A stretch of DNA of 64,000 nucleotides, from assembly GCA_965199495.1 (NCBI GenBank), contig CBDASK010000003.1:2688001-2752000 (forward strand), in the 5' to 3' direction. This document shows, piece by piece, positions 1 through 9,892 of the stretch. The first letter of the stretch is position 1. Every line of letters begins with the position of its first letter. The position numbers were made by a program, and so were the translations under genes. The stretch is from Abditibacterium sp. (GTDB lineage: Bacteria; Armatimonadota; Abditibacteriia; Abditibacteriales; Abditibacteriaceae). A model generated the notes under the pieces. That model was not told where the DNA came from. It was given only the letters and a program-made list of their open reading frames with translations, and did not search any database.

Positions 1-1
1 C

Positions 2-196
2 GAAGTTCAAATTGCGCTGCAAACCACGCGCATCAATTATCTGACCGATCACCTCAAGACGCACAAAAAAGACCACGCCTCGCGCCTGGGCCTCTTGAAA
101 TTGGTCGGCTCCCGCCGCCGCTTGCTGCGCTATCTGCAAACCAACGATGTCGAGCGTTATCGCGCCATCATCGGAAAGCTCGGCCTGCGCCGCTAA
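2..196 (+). CDS. rpsO: 30S ribosomal protein S15, 3' part (5' truncated by window)
   Basis: Frame 2 reads [64 protein letters not shown]; lies upstream of pnp. Confidence 0.97.
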   Translation, partial: EVQIALQTTRINYLTDHLKTHKKDHASRLGLLKLVGSRRRLLRYLQTNDVERYRAIIGKLGLRR

Positions 197-273
197 TTTT
201 TCATGCCGCGAAAGTCAGCGTCAATCTCGAAAACCATTCGCGTTTTCGAGACTTTTCGCGTTTCTAACGGCAT

Positions 274-428
274 TTTTTAGTCACAGAAGACACAGAGAAC
301 GCTCAGAAAAACACAGAAGGGAACAAAGAGAATTTAATCCCAAAGCTCAAATTTAGCTTCGATTTTTTAAGTCTGGTTTTTCTTTCTGTGTTCTTCTGAG
401 CGTTCTCTATGTCTTCTGTGGCTAAAAA
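274..428. repeat. Long imperfect inverted repeat (about 45-bp arms with about 9-nt periodicity) in the pnp leader
   Basis: TTTTTAGTCACAGAAGACACAGAGAACGCTCAGAAAAACACAGAA matches the reverse complement of 384-428 with 3 mismatches. Confidence 0.9.
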
Positions 429-450
429 CATCACAATATAAAGGAATAGA

Positions 451-2943
451 ATGGCAATACAACCAGAAAGCGTCTCGCTCGAATGGGGCGGACGTACCCT
501 CAGCATCGAAACCGGGCTTTTCGCCCCACAGGCCAACGGCGCCGTGACGGTGCAATATGGCGATACCGTCGTGCTCGTGACCGCGACGATGGCGCGTTCG
601 CCGCGTCCCGGCATGGACTTTTTCCCGCTCACCGTTGATTACGAAGAGCGGATGTATGCCGCCGGAAAACTGCCCGGCTCGCGCTTCGTGCGCCGCGAAA
701 CTCGCCCCGGCGAAGACGCGATTCTCAATGGTCGCATGATTGACCGCTCGATTCGCCCGCAATTTCCCAAAGGCGCGCTCAACGACGTGCAAATCGTCGT
801 GACGACGTTGGCTTACGACGGCGAAAACGAAGTGGATATCGTCGGTTTAATCGGCGCGTCGGCGGCTTTGCAAATTTCGGATATTCCGTTTGAAGGCCCG
901 ATTGCTGGCGTCAAAATCGGAATGTTAGACGGCGATTTGATTGTCAATCCGACGCATGACGAAATCGAGGAAGGCGATTTGGAGTTGGTGGTTTCGGCGC
1001 GCGCCGAAGGCATCTGCATGATCGAGGCGGGCGCCAAACAGGTCGGCGAAGACCAAATGGCCGAAGCGCACGAATTGGCGATGCGCCTGATTCAACCGGT
1101 TTTGGAATTGCAAAATGAGTTGCAGCGCAAAGTCGGCAAGCCGAAAGTGGAAATGATTATTTCCAAAGTGCCTGACGCCGTGATGAACGCGCTTGAAGAG
1201 AAATATGGCGCGCGTTTCAAAGACGCGGTTGGTACGGTTTCCAAAGGCGAGCGCAACGAGAATTTGGAAGCGCTCAAAGACGAAGCCAAAACCGCTTTGA
1301 AAGACGAGTTGGGCGACGACGCGTCGTATCTGGGCGCGGCGTTCGAGAAGTTGGCGGCCAAATATACGCGCCAGATGATTTTGGAAGAAGGCCGTCGCCC
1401 CGACGGTCGCGGGCCGGGCGATTTGCGCGAACTGACGGCGAAAGTGGATATTCTGCCGCGCACGCATGGCACCGGTTTGTTCTCGCGCGGCGAAACGCAG
1501 GTTTTGACGATTGCGACGCTGGGCAGCCCCGGCGATGAGAAAATCGTGGACGGTTTGGACGACGAAGAGAAAAAGCGTTATCTGCATCACTATAACTTCC
1601 CGCCCTATTCGGTCGGCGAAGCGCGCCCGATGCGCGGGCCGGGTCGCCGCGAGATCGGCCACGGCGCCCTGGCCGAGAAAGCGTTAGTTCCCGTTTTGCC
1701 GTCGCAAACCGATTTTCCCTACGTTTTGCGCTGTGTTTCCGAGGTTTTAAGCTCCAACGGTTCGACTTCGATGGCGAGCGTTTGCGGTTCGACGCTGGCT
1801 TTGATGGACGCGGGCGTGCCGATTGCCGCGCCGGTGGCTGGTATCTCGATTGGTCTGGTCAAAGAAGAGGGCGACGATTATACGCTGCTCACCGACATCA
1901 TCGGCATGGAAGATTTCTATGGCGATATGGACTTCAAAGTCGCGGGCACGACCGAGGGCATCACGGCGATTCAGCTCGATACCAAAGCCAAATATCTGCC
2001 GATGGAAATGATTCCCAAAGTCTTCGCCCAAGCGCGCGACGCGCGTTTGAAAATTTTGGACGTGCTGAAAAGCGCCATCGAAGCGCCGCGCGAAGCCTTA
2101 TCGGAATTCGCGCCGCGCATTTTGACCGTCACAATTCCAGTGGATTTGATCGGCACCGTCATCGGGCCGGGCGGCAAAAATATCCGTTCGATTGTCGAAC
2201 GGACGGGCGCCAAAATAGACATCGAAGACGACGGCACGGTGTTCATTTCGAGCCTCAAAGCCGAGGGCGGCGAGATGGCGGCGAAAATCATTCGCGATAT
2301 GACGCAGGATGTCGAATTGGGCGAAGAATATACCGGAACCGTCACGCGTTTGATGAATTTCGGTGCGTTCGTCGAGATTCTGCCCGGCAAAGAAGGTTTG
2401 ATTCGCATGGGCGATTTGGCGTGGGAATACGTGGATTCGGTCGAGTCGGTCTTGAGCGTTGGCGATGAAGTCAAAGTCGTTGTCAACGAAATTGACGATC
2501 AGGGCCGCACCAACTTGAGCCGCAAAGCGTTGTTGCCCAAACCCGAAGGCTACCAAGAGCGCGCCCCGCGCGAAGGCGGCGAAAGTCGCGGCGGACGTGA
2601 AGGAAGTGGCGGTCGCGGTGATGGCGGCAATCGTGGCGGCGGTTCGCGCGAAGGCGGCGGTCGTCCACAGCGCAGCGAAGGCGGCGGCAATCGTGGCGGC
2701 GGCACTCGCGCGCCGCGTAGCGAAGGCGGCAATGGTGGCAATCGTCCGCAACGCAGCGAAGGCGGCAATGGTGGCAATCGTCCGCAACGTAGCGAAGGCG
2801 GCAATGGCGGCGCAAGCCGCCCGCCGCGCGGCGAAAGTGGCAACGGCAATTCGCGTCCGCCGCGCAACAATGGCGGTAACGCGAACGGCGGCGATAGCAC
2901 TCCGCGTGGCGGCATGGGCGGTTTTGGCGGCCCACGCCAATAA
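451..2943 (+). CDS. pnp: Polyribonucleotide nucleotidyltransferase (PNPase) with Gly/Arg/Asn-rich C-terminal tail
   Basis: FFPLTVDYEER, RREIGHGALAE, SNGSTSMASVC, GDMDFKVAG, KH (IGPGGKNIR) and S1 domains; RBS AAGGA. Confidence 0.99.
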   Translation: MAIQPESVSLEWGGRTLSIETGLFAPQANGAVTVQYGDTVVLVTATMARSPRPGMDFFPLTVDYEERMYAAGKLPGSRFVRRETRPGEDAILNGRMIDRSIRPQFPKGALNDVQIVVTTLAYDGENEVDIVGLIGASAALQISDIPFEGPIAGVKIGMLDGDLIVNPTHDEIEEGDLELVVSARAEGICMIEAGAKQVGEDQMAEAHELAMRLIQPVLELQNELQRKVGKPKVEMIISKVPDAVMNALEEKYGARFKDAVGTVSKGERNENLEALKDEAKTALKDELGDDASYLGAAFEKLAAKYTRQMILEEGRRPDGRGPGDLRELTAKVDILPRTHGTGLFSRGETQVLTIATLGSPGDEKIVDGLDDEEKKRYLHHYNFPPYSVGEARPMRGPGRREIGHGALAEKALVPVLPSQTDFPYVLRCVSEVLSSNGSTSMASVCGSTLALMDAGVPIAAPVAGISIGLVKEEGDDYTLLTDIIGMEDFYGDMDFKVAGTTEGITAIQLDTKAKYLPMEMIPKVFAQARDARLKILDVLKSAIEAPREALSEFAPRILTVTIPVDLIGTVIGPGGKNIRSIVERTGAKIDIEDDGTVFISSLKAEGGEMAAKIIRDMTQDVELGEEYTGTVTRLMNFGAFVEILPGKEGLIRMGDLAWEYVDSVESVLSVGDEVKVVVNEIDDQGRTNLSRKALLPKPEGYQERAPREGGESRGGREGSGGRGDGGNRGGGSREGGGRPQRSEGGGNRGGGTRAPRSEGGNGGNRPQRSEGGNGGNRPQRSEGGNGGASRPPRGESGNGNSRPPRNNGGNANGGDSTPRGGMGGFGGPRQ

Positions 2944-2953
2944 GTTGTTGGCG

Positions 2954-2997
2954 AAAACAAAAAGGCGCACGATGAAAATCGTGCGCCTTTTTGTTTT
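2954..2997 (+). terminator. Intrinsic (bidirectional-type) terminator after pnp
   Basis: AAAACAAAAAGGCGCACGAT-GAAA-ATCGTGCGCCTTTTTGTTTT. Confidence 0.9.
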
Positions 2998-3096
2998 ATT
3001 CCACAGTTGCTGATAGCCTGTAATTAGTTGCCGAATGATTCCAGCTGAACACAACAGAAAAATAATTTTATCTCTAATCTATATCAATTTTATGCC

Positions 3097-4260
3097 ATGA
3101 CGAAATCCCGATTACCGCGCTCGCCAACGCTTTCTGTTTATGCTTCGGAATTGCCGACGCATTCACCAATAGCGCCGCGACCCCGGCGTCAGTCGTATAT
3201 GCCGCAACTCGATGCGTTGCGCGCATTTGCGGTGTTGGCGGTAATGTTCCAGCATTTTTATGGCAGCCACGTCGGGATTGATTTGCCTATCGGCGAGTGG
3301 GGCGTGCAGCTTTTCTTCGTGCTGAGCGGATTTCTCATCACCGGAATTTTGCTCGATTGTCGCGGGGACGACGAGGATTCAAATACAGAACAGCGTAAAA
3401 TTCAGATTCGCCGGTTTTACATTCGGCGCGCGTTGCGCATTTTGCCGCTATTTTATCTGGTTGTTTTGAGCGCGGCTTTGGTTAATATCCGCCCACTTCG
3501 CGAAAATTTAATCTGGCATTTGACGTATACGACCAACATTATGCTGGCCATCCGGGATAGCTGGGACGGCCCTGCTTCTCATTTGTGGTCGTTGGCGGTC
3601 GAAGAACAATTTTATCTGGTGTGGCCGTGGCTGATCTTGTGGCTGCCATCGAAATGGTTGAAACCGGCGATTTTGGGGATTATCGCTGTGGCGCCGCTCT
3701 ACAAAATCGGCGGTTACTTCGCCGGTGTTGGCTCGATTGCCTTAGCGGTTTTGACGTTGTCTTGTCTGGATGCGCTGGGCATCGGCGCCCTGTTGGCGCT
3801 TTATAAAAAGCGGCAACCGGAAGCATTCGCGGACTTAGTTCACAGCGAATGGCATCGCTGGCTGGGAGTTGGCGCGCTGTTTTTCGCTCTGCTGAGTTGG
3901 ATTTTCTGGGAAGAGCATTATTTCGTGCAGGTCGCTGGAACGCTGGCGGCCATTCTCTTTTTTAGTTGGCTCATTCATCGAGCCGCCGTGGGATTCACCG
4001 GCTGGCCCGGACGCGTGATGCGTTGGAAACCAATGCTTTATCTGGGACAAATTAGTTATGGACTTTACCTTTTCCATAAATTTATTTCCATCATTATGCC
4101 GCACGTCTTTAGTAAGTTAAAGTTGCCATATCCAGAAAATATAATGTTGCAAGCGCTATTGCTCATTGGAATTAATATCGCGTTAGCTTCGTGTTCGTGG
4201 TTTTGGTTCGAGCGCCCAATGAATAGACTAAAAAGTCGTTTTAAATATGAGATTAATTGA
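3097..4260 (+). CDS. Acyltransferase family 3 (OafA/YrhL-like membrane acyltransferase)
   Basis: LDALRAFAV, GVQLFFVLSGFLIT, FYIRRALRILP, HLWSLAVEEQFY, ISYGLYLFH, FERP motifs. Confidence 0.93.
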   Translation: MTKSRLPRSPTLSVYASELPTHSPIAPRPRRQSYMPQLDALRAFAVLAVMFQHFYGSHVGIDLPIGEWGVQLFFVLSGFLITGILLDCRGDDEDSNTEQRKIQIRRFYIRRALRILPLFYLVVLSAALVNIRPLRENLIWHLTYTTNIMLAIRDSWDGPASHLWSLAVEEQFYLVWPWLILWLPSKWLKPAILGIIAVAPLYKIGGYFAGVGSIALAVLTLSCLDALGIGALLALYKKRQPEAFADLVHSEWHRWLGVGALFFALLSWIFWEEHYFVQVAGTLAAILFFSWLIHRAAVGFTGWPGRVMRWKPMLYLGQISYGLYLFHKFISIIMPHVFSKLKLPYPENIMLQALLLIGINIALASCSWFWFERPMNRLKSRFKYEIN

Positions 4261-4978
4261 CCGCTAACGTTTTCGCCGCGTGCCACTGATGGGGAATATC
4301 GCGCATCAACAGCGCGTGATCGAACGCGATAGAACCGGGCGGGAACTTTCCGGTATCATCGAAAACGCTCGAATGAATCTGAGAAACTTTCAGAGCTTGC
4401 ACGCGCCAATTTTGCGTTTCCAATTGCATTCCGTCCAATATCTCCGAATCGCACCGCGCCGAATAGCCCAGACAACCGCGCTCGAAAAACGCCGAGGCTT
4501 CGTCAAGCGAAGCAAAAATCGAATTCGGTGGCAACATCTCTGTGATAACACCAGCCACGCGCAACGCGACCTCGCCATCACACGAACGCATTTGCACCTC
4601 GAATTCCGTCGCGCTTTCGCGCACCTCGAATTTCGCCAGATGCTGCTCGCCGGGAAAAAGGCGACCGCCGCTCCAAGCGTTGAGCCGCGAATTGGTATCG
4701 CGACGCGGAATGAAAACGCCCTCGCGCGTTTGGCCGTTTTCGTCCCACTCGACAGCAATGCGGTGCGCGGCGTTCTCGCTGGCGATGCCGCACGGCAACG
4801 GACTGAGCATCGGACGCATGGCTTCCAAGCGAATCAGGCACACGCCAACAATGGCGTGTCCGCCGTGCAGCTTGGGCCGAAACGGTGACGGCAATTGCGC
4901 GGCGACAATTTCGGAATCGGCGCGAAAGTTCGCTAAAATTCGCCGCGCGATCACGCCCTGAATGGTGGGAAGATTCAT
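4253..4978 (-). CDS. DUF2071/YqjF-like conserved protein
   Basis: RRILANFR, AIVGVCLIRL, SENAAHRIAVEW, GVFIPRRDT, GGRLFPG, DHALLMRDIPHQW. Confidence 0.7.
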   Translation of the reverse strand: MNLPTIQGVIARRILANFRADSEIVAAQLPSPFRPKLHGGHAIVGVCLIRLEAMRPMLSPLPCGIASENAAHRIAVEWDENGQTREGVFIPRRDTNSRLNAWSGGRLFPGEQHLAKFEVRESATEFEVQMRSCDGEVALRVAGVITEMLPPNSIFASLDEASAFFERGCLGYSARCDSEILDGMQLETQNWRVQALKVSQIHSSVFDDTGKFPPGSIAFDHALLMRDIPHQWHAAKTLAVN

Positions 4979-5051
4979 GGTTTTTTAATTGTTGACAACG
5001 CTCGCCCTTTTGACGTTTAATATCAAGTGCGCGTTTTTTATAAATATTACC

Positions 5052-5357
5052 ATGATTGTTTTCGGCATTAAATTTTGGGCCTGGGGTAGCCAACTCACCA
5101 ACCAAGTCTGGCGTTGTCTCAAATGCGGCTACAACGGGCAATTCATTCAGAAAAAAGGCATGAAATTCATCACGCTCTACTGGATTATTCCCACGATTCC
5201 CGTTTCGGGCATCAAAGACATTGTGCAGTGTCCCCAATGCAAAGCTCAATACGACGCGGCTCCGCCCAATGGGAACAGTGGCTCAAACGCGGGCGGCACT
5301 CCGCCGATTGCCAATCCGTGGAGCAACGGAAGCGAAAATAAGCCCAACTTGAATTAG
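5052..5357 (+). CDS. Zinc-ribbon domain protein
   Basis: MIVFG start; CLKC...FITLYWIIP...CPQC pattern; ATG at 5052 in frame with the listed ORF. Confidence 0.75.
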   Translation: MIVFGIKFWAWGSQLTNQVWRCLKCGYNGQFIQKKGMKFITLYWIIPTIPVSGIKDIVQCPQCKAQYDAAPPNGNSGSNAGGTPPIANPWSNGSENKPNLN

Positions 5358-5359
5358 GG

Positions 5360-5490
5360 AAAGATTGACCACAAAAACCCAAAAATCACAAAAAGTTTTG
5401 AAGAACGAACTTTCTTTATAGAAAGTTCGACCGACTATTTTTGTCTTTTTTGTGCCTTTTGTGATTTCTGGGTTTTTGTGGTCAATCTTT
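5360..5490. repeat. Imperfect inverted repeat with about 9-nt periodic CACAAAAA-type arms between convergent genes
   Basis: AAAGATTGACCACAAAAACCCAAAAATCACAAAA ... TTTTGTGATTTCTGGGTTTTTGTGGTCAATCTTT. Confidence 0.85.
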
Positions 5491-5847
5491 CATTCTTGAA
5501 CCGCGCGCCGCTTCGATTTGAGCAGCCACGGCGCCCGGCTTCTCGACTTCGAGAACTAAAACCTGATATTTTTCGCCTTCGAGTTCGATAACTAAGGCGT
5601 TATCGGGATTGCTCACGTCCCAAAACAGGCGTTTTTTGTCGTGATAAAATGTGCCCGCCGTAACCATGCGCGGGATGTAAGTTCCCGGCGCTTTCCAGCC
5701 CAACGGTTTGTCGGCGAATCGTGGGTCTCTGCGCACGCTGGAAATGCTCGATAGCGGGAATTGCAAGCGGCTTTTGAGCGCCAAAACTTTATGGATTCCC
5801 AGAATTTCAATGGATAAATTGCCGCCTTGCGTTGAAATTTGAACCAT
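5482..5847 (-). CDS. Hypothetical protein (bacterial PH-like)
   Basis: 121-aa ORF, WKAPGTYIP...AGTF...FWDV pattern; co-oriented with upstream gene. Confidence 0.65.
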   Translation of the reverse strand: MVQISTQGGNLSIEILGIHKVLALKSRLQFPLSSISSVRRDPRFADKPLGWKAPGTYIPRMVTAGTFYHDKKRLFWDVSNPDNALVIELEGEKYQVLVLEVEKPGAVAAQIEAARGSRMKD

Positions 5848-5853
5848 AATTTA

Positions 5854-6510
5854 TTAGCCGCCCAGCAAGCTCGAAACCACGTTGAGCGAGAGCGCGACGA
5901 CGACGGTGGCGAAAGTAAACGAAAGGACACCGTGTTTCAAAATCGTGCGGCGAATTTTGCGCCCGCCGATTTCGCTATCAGTCGCGCCAAAAGTTGTGCC
6001 GACAGCGAACGACAAATAGCAAAAATCGAGATAATCGGGCGGCTCGTCGCCGTGAAAATTCACGCCGTCGCCTTTGCCCGTGCCTTCGTAATAGAGCCGC
6101 GCGTAGTGAAACGCGTAGACCGTGTGAATCAGCGCCCACGACAAAACGACCGTCGCAATCGCCGCCAGAGTGAGATGCGTGGACAGCGCGTTTTTGGCTT
6201 TGTTGGCCTGCGAAAGCGCCTGCAAAACGCCGCCGATGCTGGTGACGCTGGCGAGCAAAATCAGCGAATCAATAATCGAACGATACTCGTCTTCGCGGCG
6301 GCTCAATTGAGCGGTACGCGAGGCATCGCACATCAGAATTGTGCGCCAAGCCAATACCAAAAAGCAGGTCACCGCGCCATTCCACGCGACCAATCCGCGC
6401 AGTTCGCCCGGCCAGCTATGCGGCAACAGCAATAGCAGCAAAAGCGCGGCGCCTCCGGCGATCCACAAGCGCGATTTCGTCGCACGATGCCAAAAATTCG
6501 CGTGTTTCAT
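5854..6510 (-). CDS. DUF1345 membrane protein
   Basis: SWALIHTVYAFHYARLYY, PDYLDFCYLSFAVG, IRRTILKHGVLSF. Confidence 0.9.
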   Translation of the reverse strand: MKHANFWHRATKSRLWIAGGAALLLLLLLPHSWPGELRGLVAWNGAVTCFLVLAWRTILMCDASRTAQLSRREDEYRSIIDSLILLASVTSIGGVLQALSQANKAKNALSTHLTLAAIATVVLSWALIHTVYAFHYARLYYEGTGKGDGVNFHGDEPPDYLDFCYLSFAVGTTFGATDSEIGGRKIRRTILKHGVLSFTFATVVVALSLNVVSSLLGG

Positions 6511-6521
6511 AGGGATTTTTC

Positions 6522-6618
6522 TGTAGAGACGCCGATTTATCGCGTCTAAAATGTTAAATCTCCCGTTGAATTGGCGGGTTCAGTTACGTTTTAAACGAGA
6601 TAAATCGGCGTCTCTACA
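6522..6618. repeat. GTAG-type REP doublet (REPIN-like)
   Basis: GTAGAGACGCCGATTTATCGCGTCT and inverted copy GATAAATCGGCGTCTCTAC. Confidence 0.85.
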
Positions 6619-6626
6619 AAAGACGG

Positions 6627-8000
6627 CTAAACGTGAATCGCTTTCCATTCCGCCGCCATCGCGGCTTCTTTGAGCGTTTCGGCCAGCGTCGGGTGGGCGT
6701 GGCTGGTGCGGCGCAGGTCTTCGGCACTCGCACCAAACTCAATCGCCGCGACCGCTTCGGCGATCAAATCGCCCGCGCGCGGGCCGATGATGTGAACGCC
6801 CAAAATGCGGTCGGTAGTTTTATCGGCCAGAACTTTGACTTTGCCTTCGGTGTGCCCCAAAGCGCGCGCGCGCCCGTTGGCCATCATCGGGAATGTGCCT
6901 TTTTTGTATTCGATGCCCTTCTCTTTGAGTTGCTCTTCGGTTTGCCCGACGCCCGCGATTTCCGGTTCGGTATAAACCACGCCCGGAATCGCGTCGTAGT
7001 TGACGTGCGCGTAACCCGACGTGATGCCCTCGACAACAGCCACGCCCTCTTCCTCGGCTTTGTGCGCCAGCATCGGCCCGGCGATGACATCGCCAATCGC
7101 GAAGACGCCCGGCACGTTGGTTTGATATTTCTCGTCCACAATCACGCGGCCTTTCTCATCCAACGCGACGCCCGCCGCTTCCAAATTCAAACCGTCGGTG
7201 TTGGGCAAACGGCCCGCCGCGACCAAAACCCGATCCGCCGTAATCGTTTCGGCGCCCTCAATTTCAATAACCGCTTTGCCATCCACGACTTTGGCTGAGG
7301 TAACTTTGGCGCCCAACTGAAATTCGATGCCTTGTTTCTTGAAAATCTTCAAGGCTTCGTCGGCGATTTCGCGATCTAAACCGGCCAAAATAAATGGGAA
7401 ATATTCTAAAACAGTAACTTTAGCGCCCAACCTTGCCCAAACGCTGCCTAATTCCATGCCGATGTAGCCACCGCCAATCACCACCAAATGTTCGGGAACA
7501 GTCGGATACGAAAGCGCCTCGGTCGAAGTGCCGATAACATCGTAATCGAACTCGATGCCACGAAGCGGCGACGGCTTACTTCCCGTTGCGATCACGATAT
7601 TTTTGGCTTCGATTTCTTCGTCGCCAACTTTGACGCGGTTTGGCCCGACAAACGTCGCTTCGCCTTCGTAGCGCGCGACTTTGTTTTTCTTAATCAAAAA
7701 CGCGACGCCATCGGTTAAAGTCTTGACGACTTCATCTTTGCGCGATAGCATGGTCGGCAAATCGAGTTCGACGCCCTCGACTTTGACGCCGAATTTGGCC
7801 AGCGAATTTTTGGTTTCGATATAACGTTCACTCGATTCGAGCAGAGCTTTGGAGGGAATACAACCGACGCGCAGACAGGTACCGCCGAGTCTGGGATTTT
7901 TTTCGATGACGCCGACGTTAAGGCCGAGTTGCGCGCCGCGAATGGCGCACACATAGCCGCCCGGCCCGGCGCCGAGGACGAGAAGATCGTGAGTTTTCAT
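6627..8000 (-). CDS. lpdA: Dihydrolipoamide dehydrogenase
   Basis: GAGPGGY, GGTCLRVGCIPSK redox disulfide, GGGYIG, MLAHKAEEEG, HAHPTLAE. Confidence 0.98.
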   Translation of the reverse strand: MKTHDLLVLGAGPGGYVCAIRGAQLGLNVGVIEKNPRLGGTCLRVGCIPSKALLESSERYIETKNSLAKFGVKVEGVELDLPTMLSRKDEVVKTLTDGVAFLIKKNKVARYEGEATFVGPNRVKVGDEEIEAKNIVIATGSKPSPLRGIEFDYDVIGTSTEALSYPTVPEHLVVIGGGYIGMELGSVWARLGAKVTVLEYFPFILAGLDREIADEALKIFKKQGIEFQLGAKVTSAKVVDGKAVIEIEGAETITADRVLVAAGRLPNTDGLNLEAAGVALDEKGRVIVDEKYQTNVPGVFAIGDVIAGPMLAHKAEEEGVAVVEGITSGYAHVNYDAIPGVVYTEPEIAGVGQTEEQLKEKGIEYKKGTFPMMANGRARALGHTEGKVKVLADKTTDRILGVHIIGPRAGDLIAEAVAAIEFGASAEDLRRTSHAHPTLAETLKEAAMAAEWKAIHV

Positions 8001-8083
8001 GGAAGAGTTTCAAGACGAACGAGAACGAGATAAAGGTTTAACGGATAAACGCGCGCGCTGCTAATGGTTTCAACGGGCACTTC

Positions 8084-8166
8084 GCTTCGAGCGGGGCTTA
8101 CGCCCTCTTCCAATCGGGTTCTCTCTTCGCATAAGATTGGAAGAGGGCATAAGCCCCGCTCGAAGC
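8084..8166. repeat. Palindromic REP-like element family B, copy 1
   Basis: GCGGGGCTTACGCCCTCTTCCAATC...GATTGGAAGAGGGCATAAGCCCCGC; related copies at 9781-9838 and 31557-31633. Confidence 0.85.
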
Positions 8167-8205
8167 ATTGAAAAATGAGGAATGCAAGAAATCTATCAAC
8201 AAAAA

Positions 8206-8376
8206 TCAATCGTCGTCGAAGGCGTCCAGATTCAACTGGCTTTTCAGTTCGTCGGACGCGCGGCGGATTTTGCGAATGCCTTTTCCGATTTGGCGGGCCA
8301 GTTCGGGCAGTTTGTCGGGGCCGAACAGCACCAGCACCAACAAAAATATCACCAAAATTTCGGGAGTTCCGGGCAT
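8206..8376 (-). CDS. tatA: Twin-arginine translocase TatA/TatB-family subunit (56 aa, not in ORF track)
   Basis: Own translation: MPGTPEILVIFLLVLVLFGPDKLPELARQIGKGIRKIRRASDELKSQLNLDAFDDD*; TM helix + FGP hinge + amphipathic helix. Confidence 0.92.
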   Translation of the reverse strand: MPGTPEILVIFLLVLVLFGPDKLPELARQIGKGIRKIRRASDELKSQLNLDAFDDD

Positions 8377-8456
8377 AATTTAGAGTTCCTTCGCGAATTT
8401 GCGAGCCAAAAGCATCGCCGTCCAATTGCGTAGATAGAAGTTTAATTCAACGCGAA

Positions 8457-9698
8457 TCATTCGACTTCCGCGCAATCCAGAAGCCGCGCTCGGACTTGCG
8501 TTCCTGCGGGCAATTGAGTTTGGTCGGCGCCGATGACAAGGAGCGCATTGGCGCGCGTCATCGTGGACAAGCGCCCACTGCCCTGATCGCCGCTCACGCG
8601 CGCGATTAACACGCCGCCTTCATGCGTTACCTGCGCTCGCACGAACTCGGTTTTGCCGGAAGGACTGTGCAAATTCTCAGCGAGCCGTGCCTCGACTTCC
8701 AACCGTTTGAGCGCGCGCGCGCCGCCGCGTTTCAAAATCGCCGGGCGGGCGAACTCTTCCCAGCCGACCATCACCGAAGCCGGATTACCGGGTAGGGCGA
8801 ATACGGGAACTTCGCGGTAAAGCGCCAGCATCACCGGTTTGCCCGGCTTCATCGCGACTTTCCAAAATATTACGCGCGCATCCGCCAATAATACATCGCG
8901 CACCGGATCGAAGTCGCCTGCCGAAACGCCGCCCGAAGTCAAAATCAAATCGCATTGCCCGACTAATTCGTCTAAAACCGCGCGTAATTCATCGGGCTGG
9001 TCGCCGACATGGCGCTCCGCCACGATTTCGGCGCCCGCGCCCAGACACAACCCGCGCAAAGCCGGGCCGTTGGAATCGCGAATTTGCCCGGCTTGTAATT
9101 CGGCTTCAACGCCGACTAACTCTTCGCCCGTGGTAATAATGCCAACGCGCGGGCGCACATAAACTTCGACTCGGCTTTGTCCCAGCGCCGCCAACATCGC
9201 CAATTCGGCGGGCCGCACGCGCGTGCCCGCCGCCAAAACCGTCTCACCGCGCGCGACATCGCTCCCGGCGCGCCGCACGTTCTGCCCCGCCGTGGCTGCT
9301 CCGAAGAACTCAACTTTGTCCCCAACTTCGCGCGTCTCTTCGCGCATAACTACGGCTTCGGCTCCACGGGGAAGTGGTGCGCCCGTCATGATTTTGGCGC
9401 ATTGTCCCGGCACAAATTCGCTTCGCGCAACATCGCCCGCGCCGATAATTTCGCCCAACCGCAGCGTTATTGGCGCACTTTCCGTCGTGCCCTGCACATC
9501 AGCCACGCGCACGGCATAACCGTCCATTGCCGAATTATCGAACGGCGGCAAAGCGATCTCGGAAACAAGGTCGCGACTTAAAATCCGCCCCAGAACCTCG
9601 CGATGTTCAACCCATTGCGCGGGGCCGACGCTTATATTCTCTAATGCCAATGCGCGGGCGGCATCGGGCATTATCATCGTGGGAAAGGTTGAGTTCAT
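8457..9698 (-). CDS. moeA: Molybdopterin molybdenumtransferase MoeA
   Basis: PPFDNSAMDGYA, IMTGAPLP, TSGGVSAGDFD, MKPGKP, LPGNP; start taken at ATG 9698. Confidence 0.97.
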   Translation of the reverse strand: MNSTFPTMIMPDAARALALENISVGPAQWVEHREVLGRILSRDLVSEIALPPFDNSAMDGYAVRVADVQGTTESAPITLRLGEIIGAGDVARSEFVPGQCAKIMTGAPLPRGAEAVVMREETREVGDKVEFFGAATAGQNVRRAGSDVARGETVLAAGTRVRPAELAMLAALGQSRVEVYVRPRVGIITTGEELVGVEAELQAGQIRDSNGPALRGLCLGAGAEIVAERHVGDQPDELRAVLDELVGQCDLILTSGGVSAGDFDPVRDVLLADARVIFWKVAMKPGKPVMLALYREVPVFALPGNPASVMVGWEEFARPAILKRGGARALKRLEVEARLAENLHSPSGKTEFVRAQVTHEGGVLIARVSGDQGSGRLSTMTRANALLVIGADQTQLPAGTQVRARLLDCAEVE

Positions 9699-9780
9699 GC
9701 TAAGAAGAAACAATTATATACGCGCGTGCTGACAAGTCTATTGAATTTCGTTACGCCGATGTCTCTTATAGCCCTTCCTA

Positions 9781-9838
9781 CTTCCAATCGGCAGAGTTCC
9801 TCCAAAGCACGCCGATTGGAAGAGGGCGTCAGCCCTGC
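9781..9838. repeat. Palindromic REP-like element family B, copy 2 (left arm degraded)
   Basis: CTTCCAATCGGC...GCCGATTGGAAGAGGGCGTCAGCCC. Confidence 0.75.
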
Positions 9839-9892
9839 CGGTGTTGTAGCCTCTTCAATAGGAAGCACTATATCATCTCAATTATCTAACAA

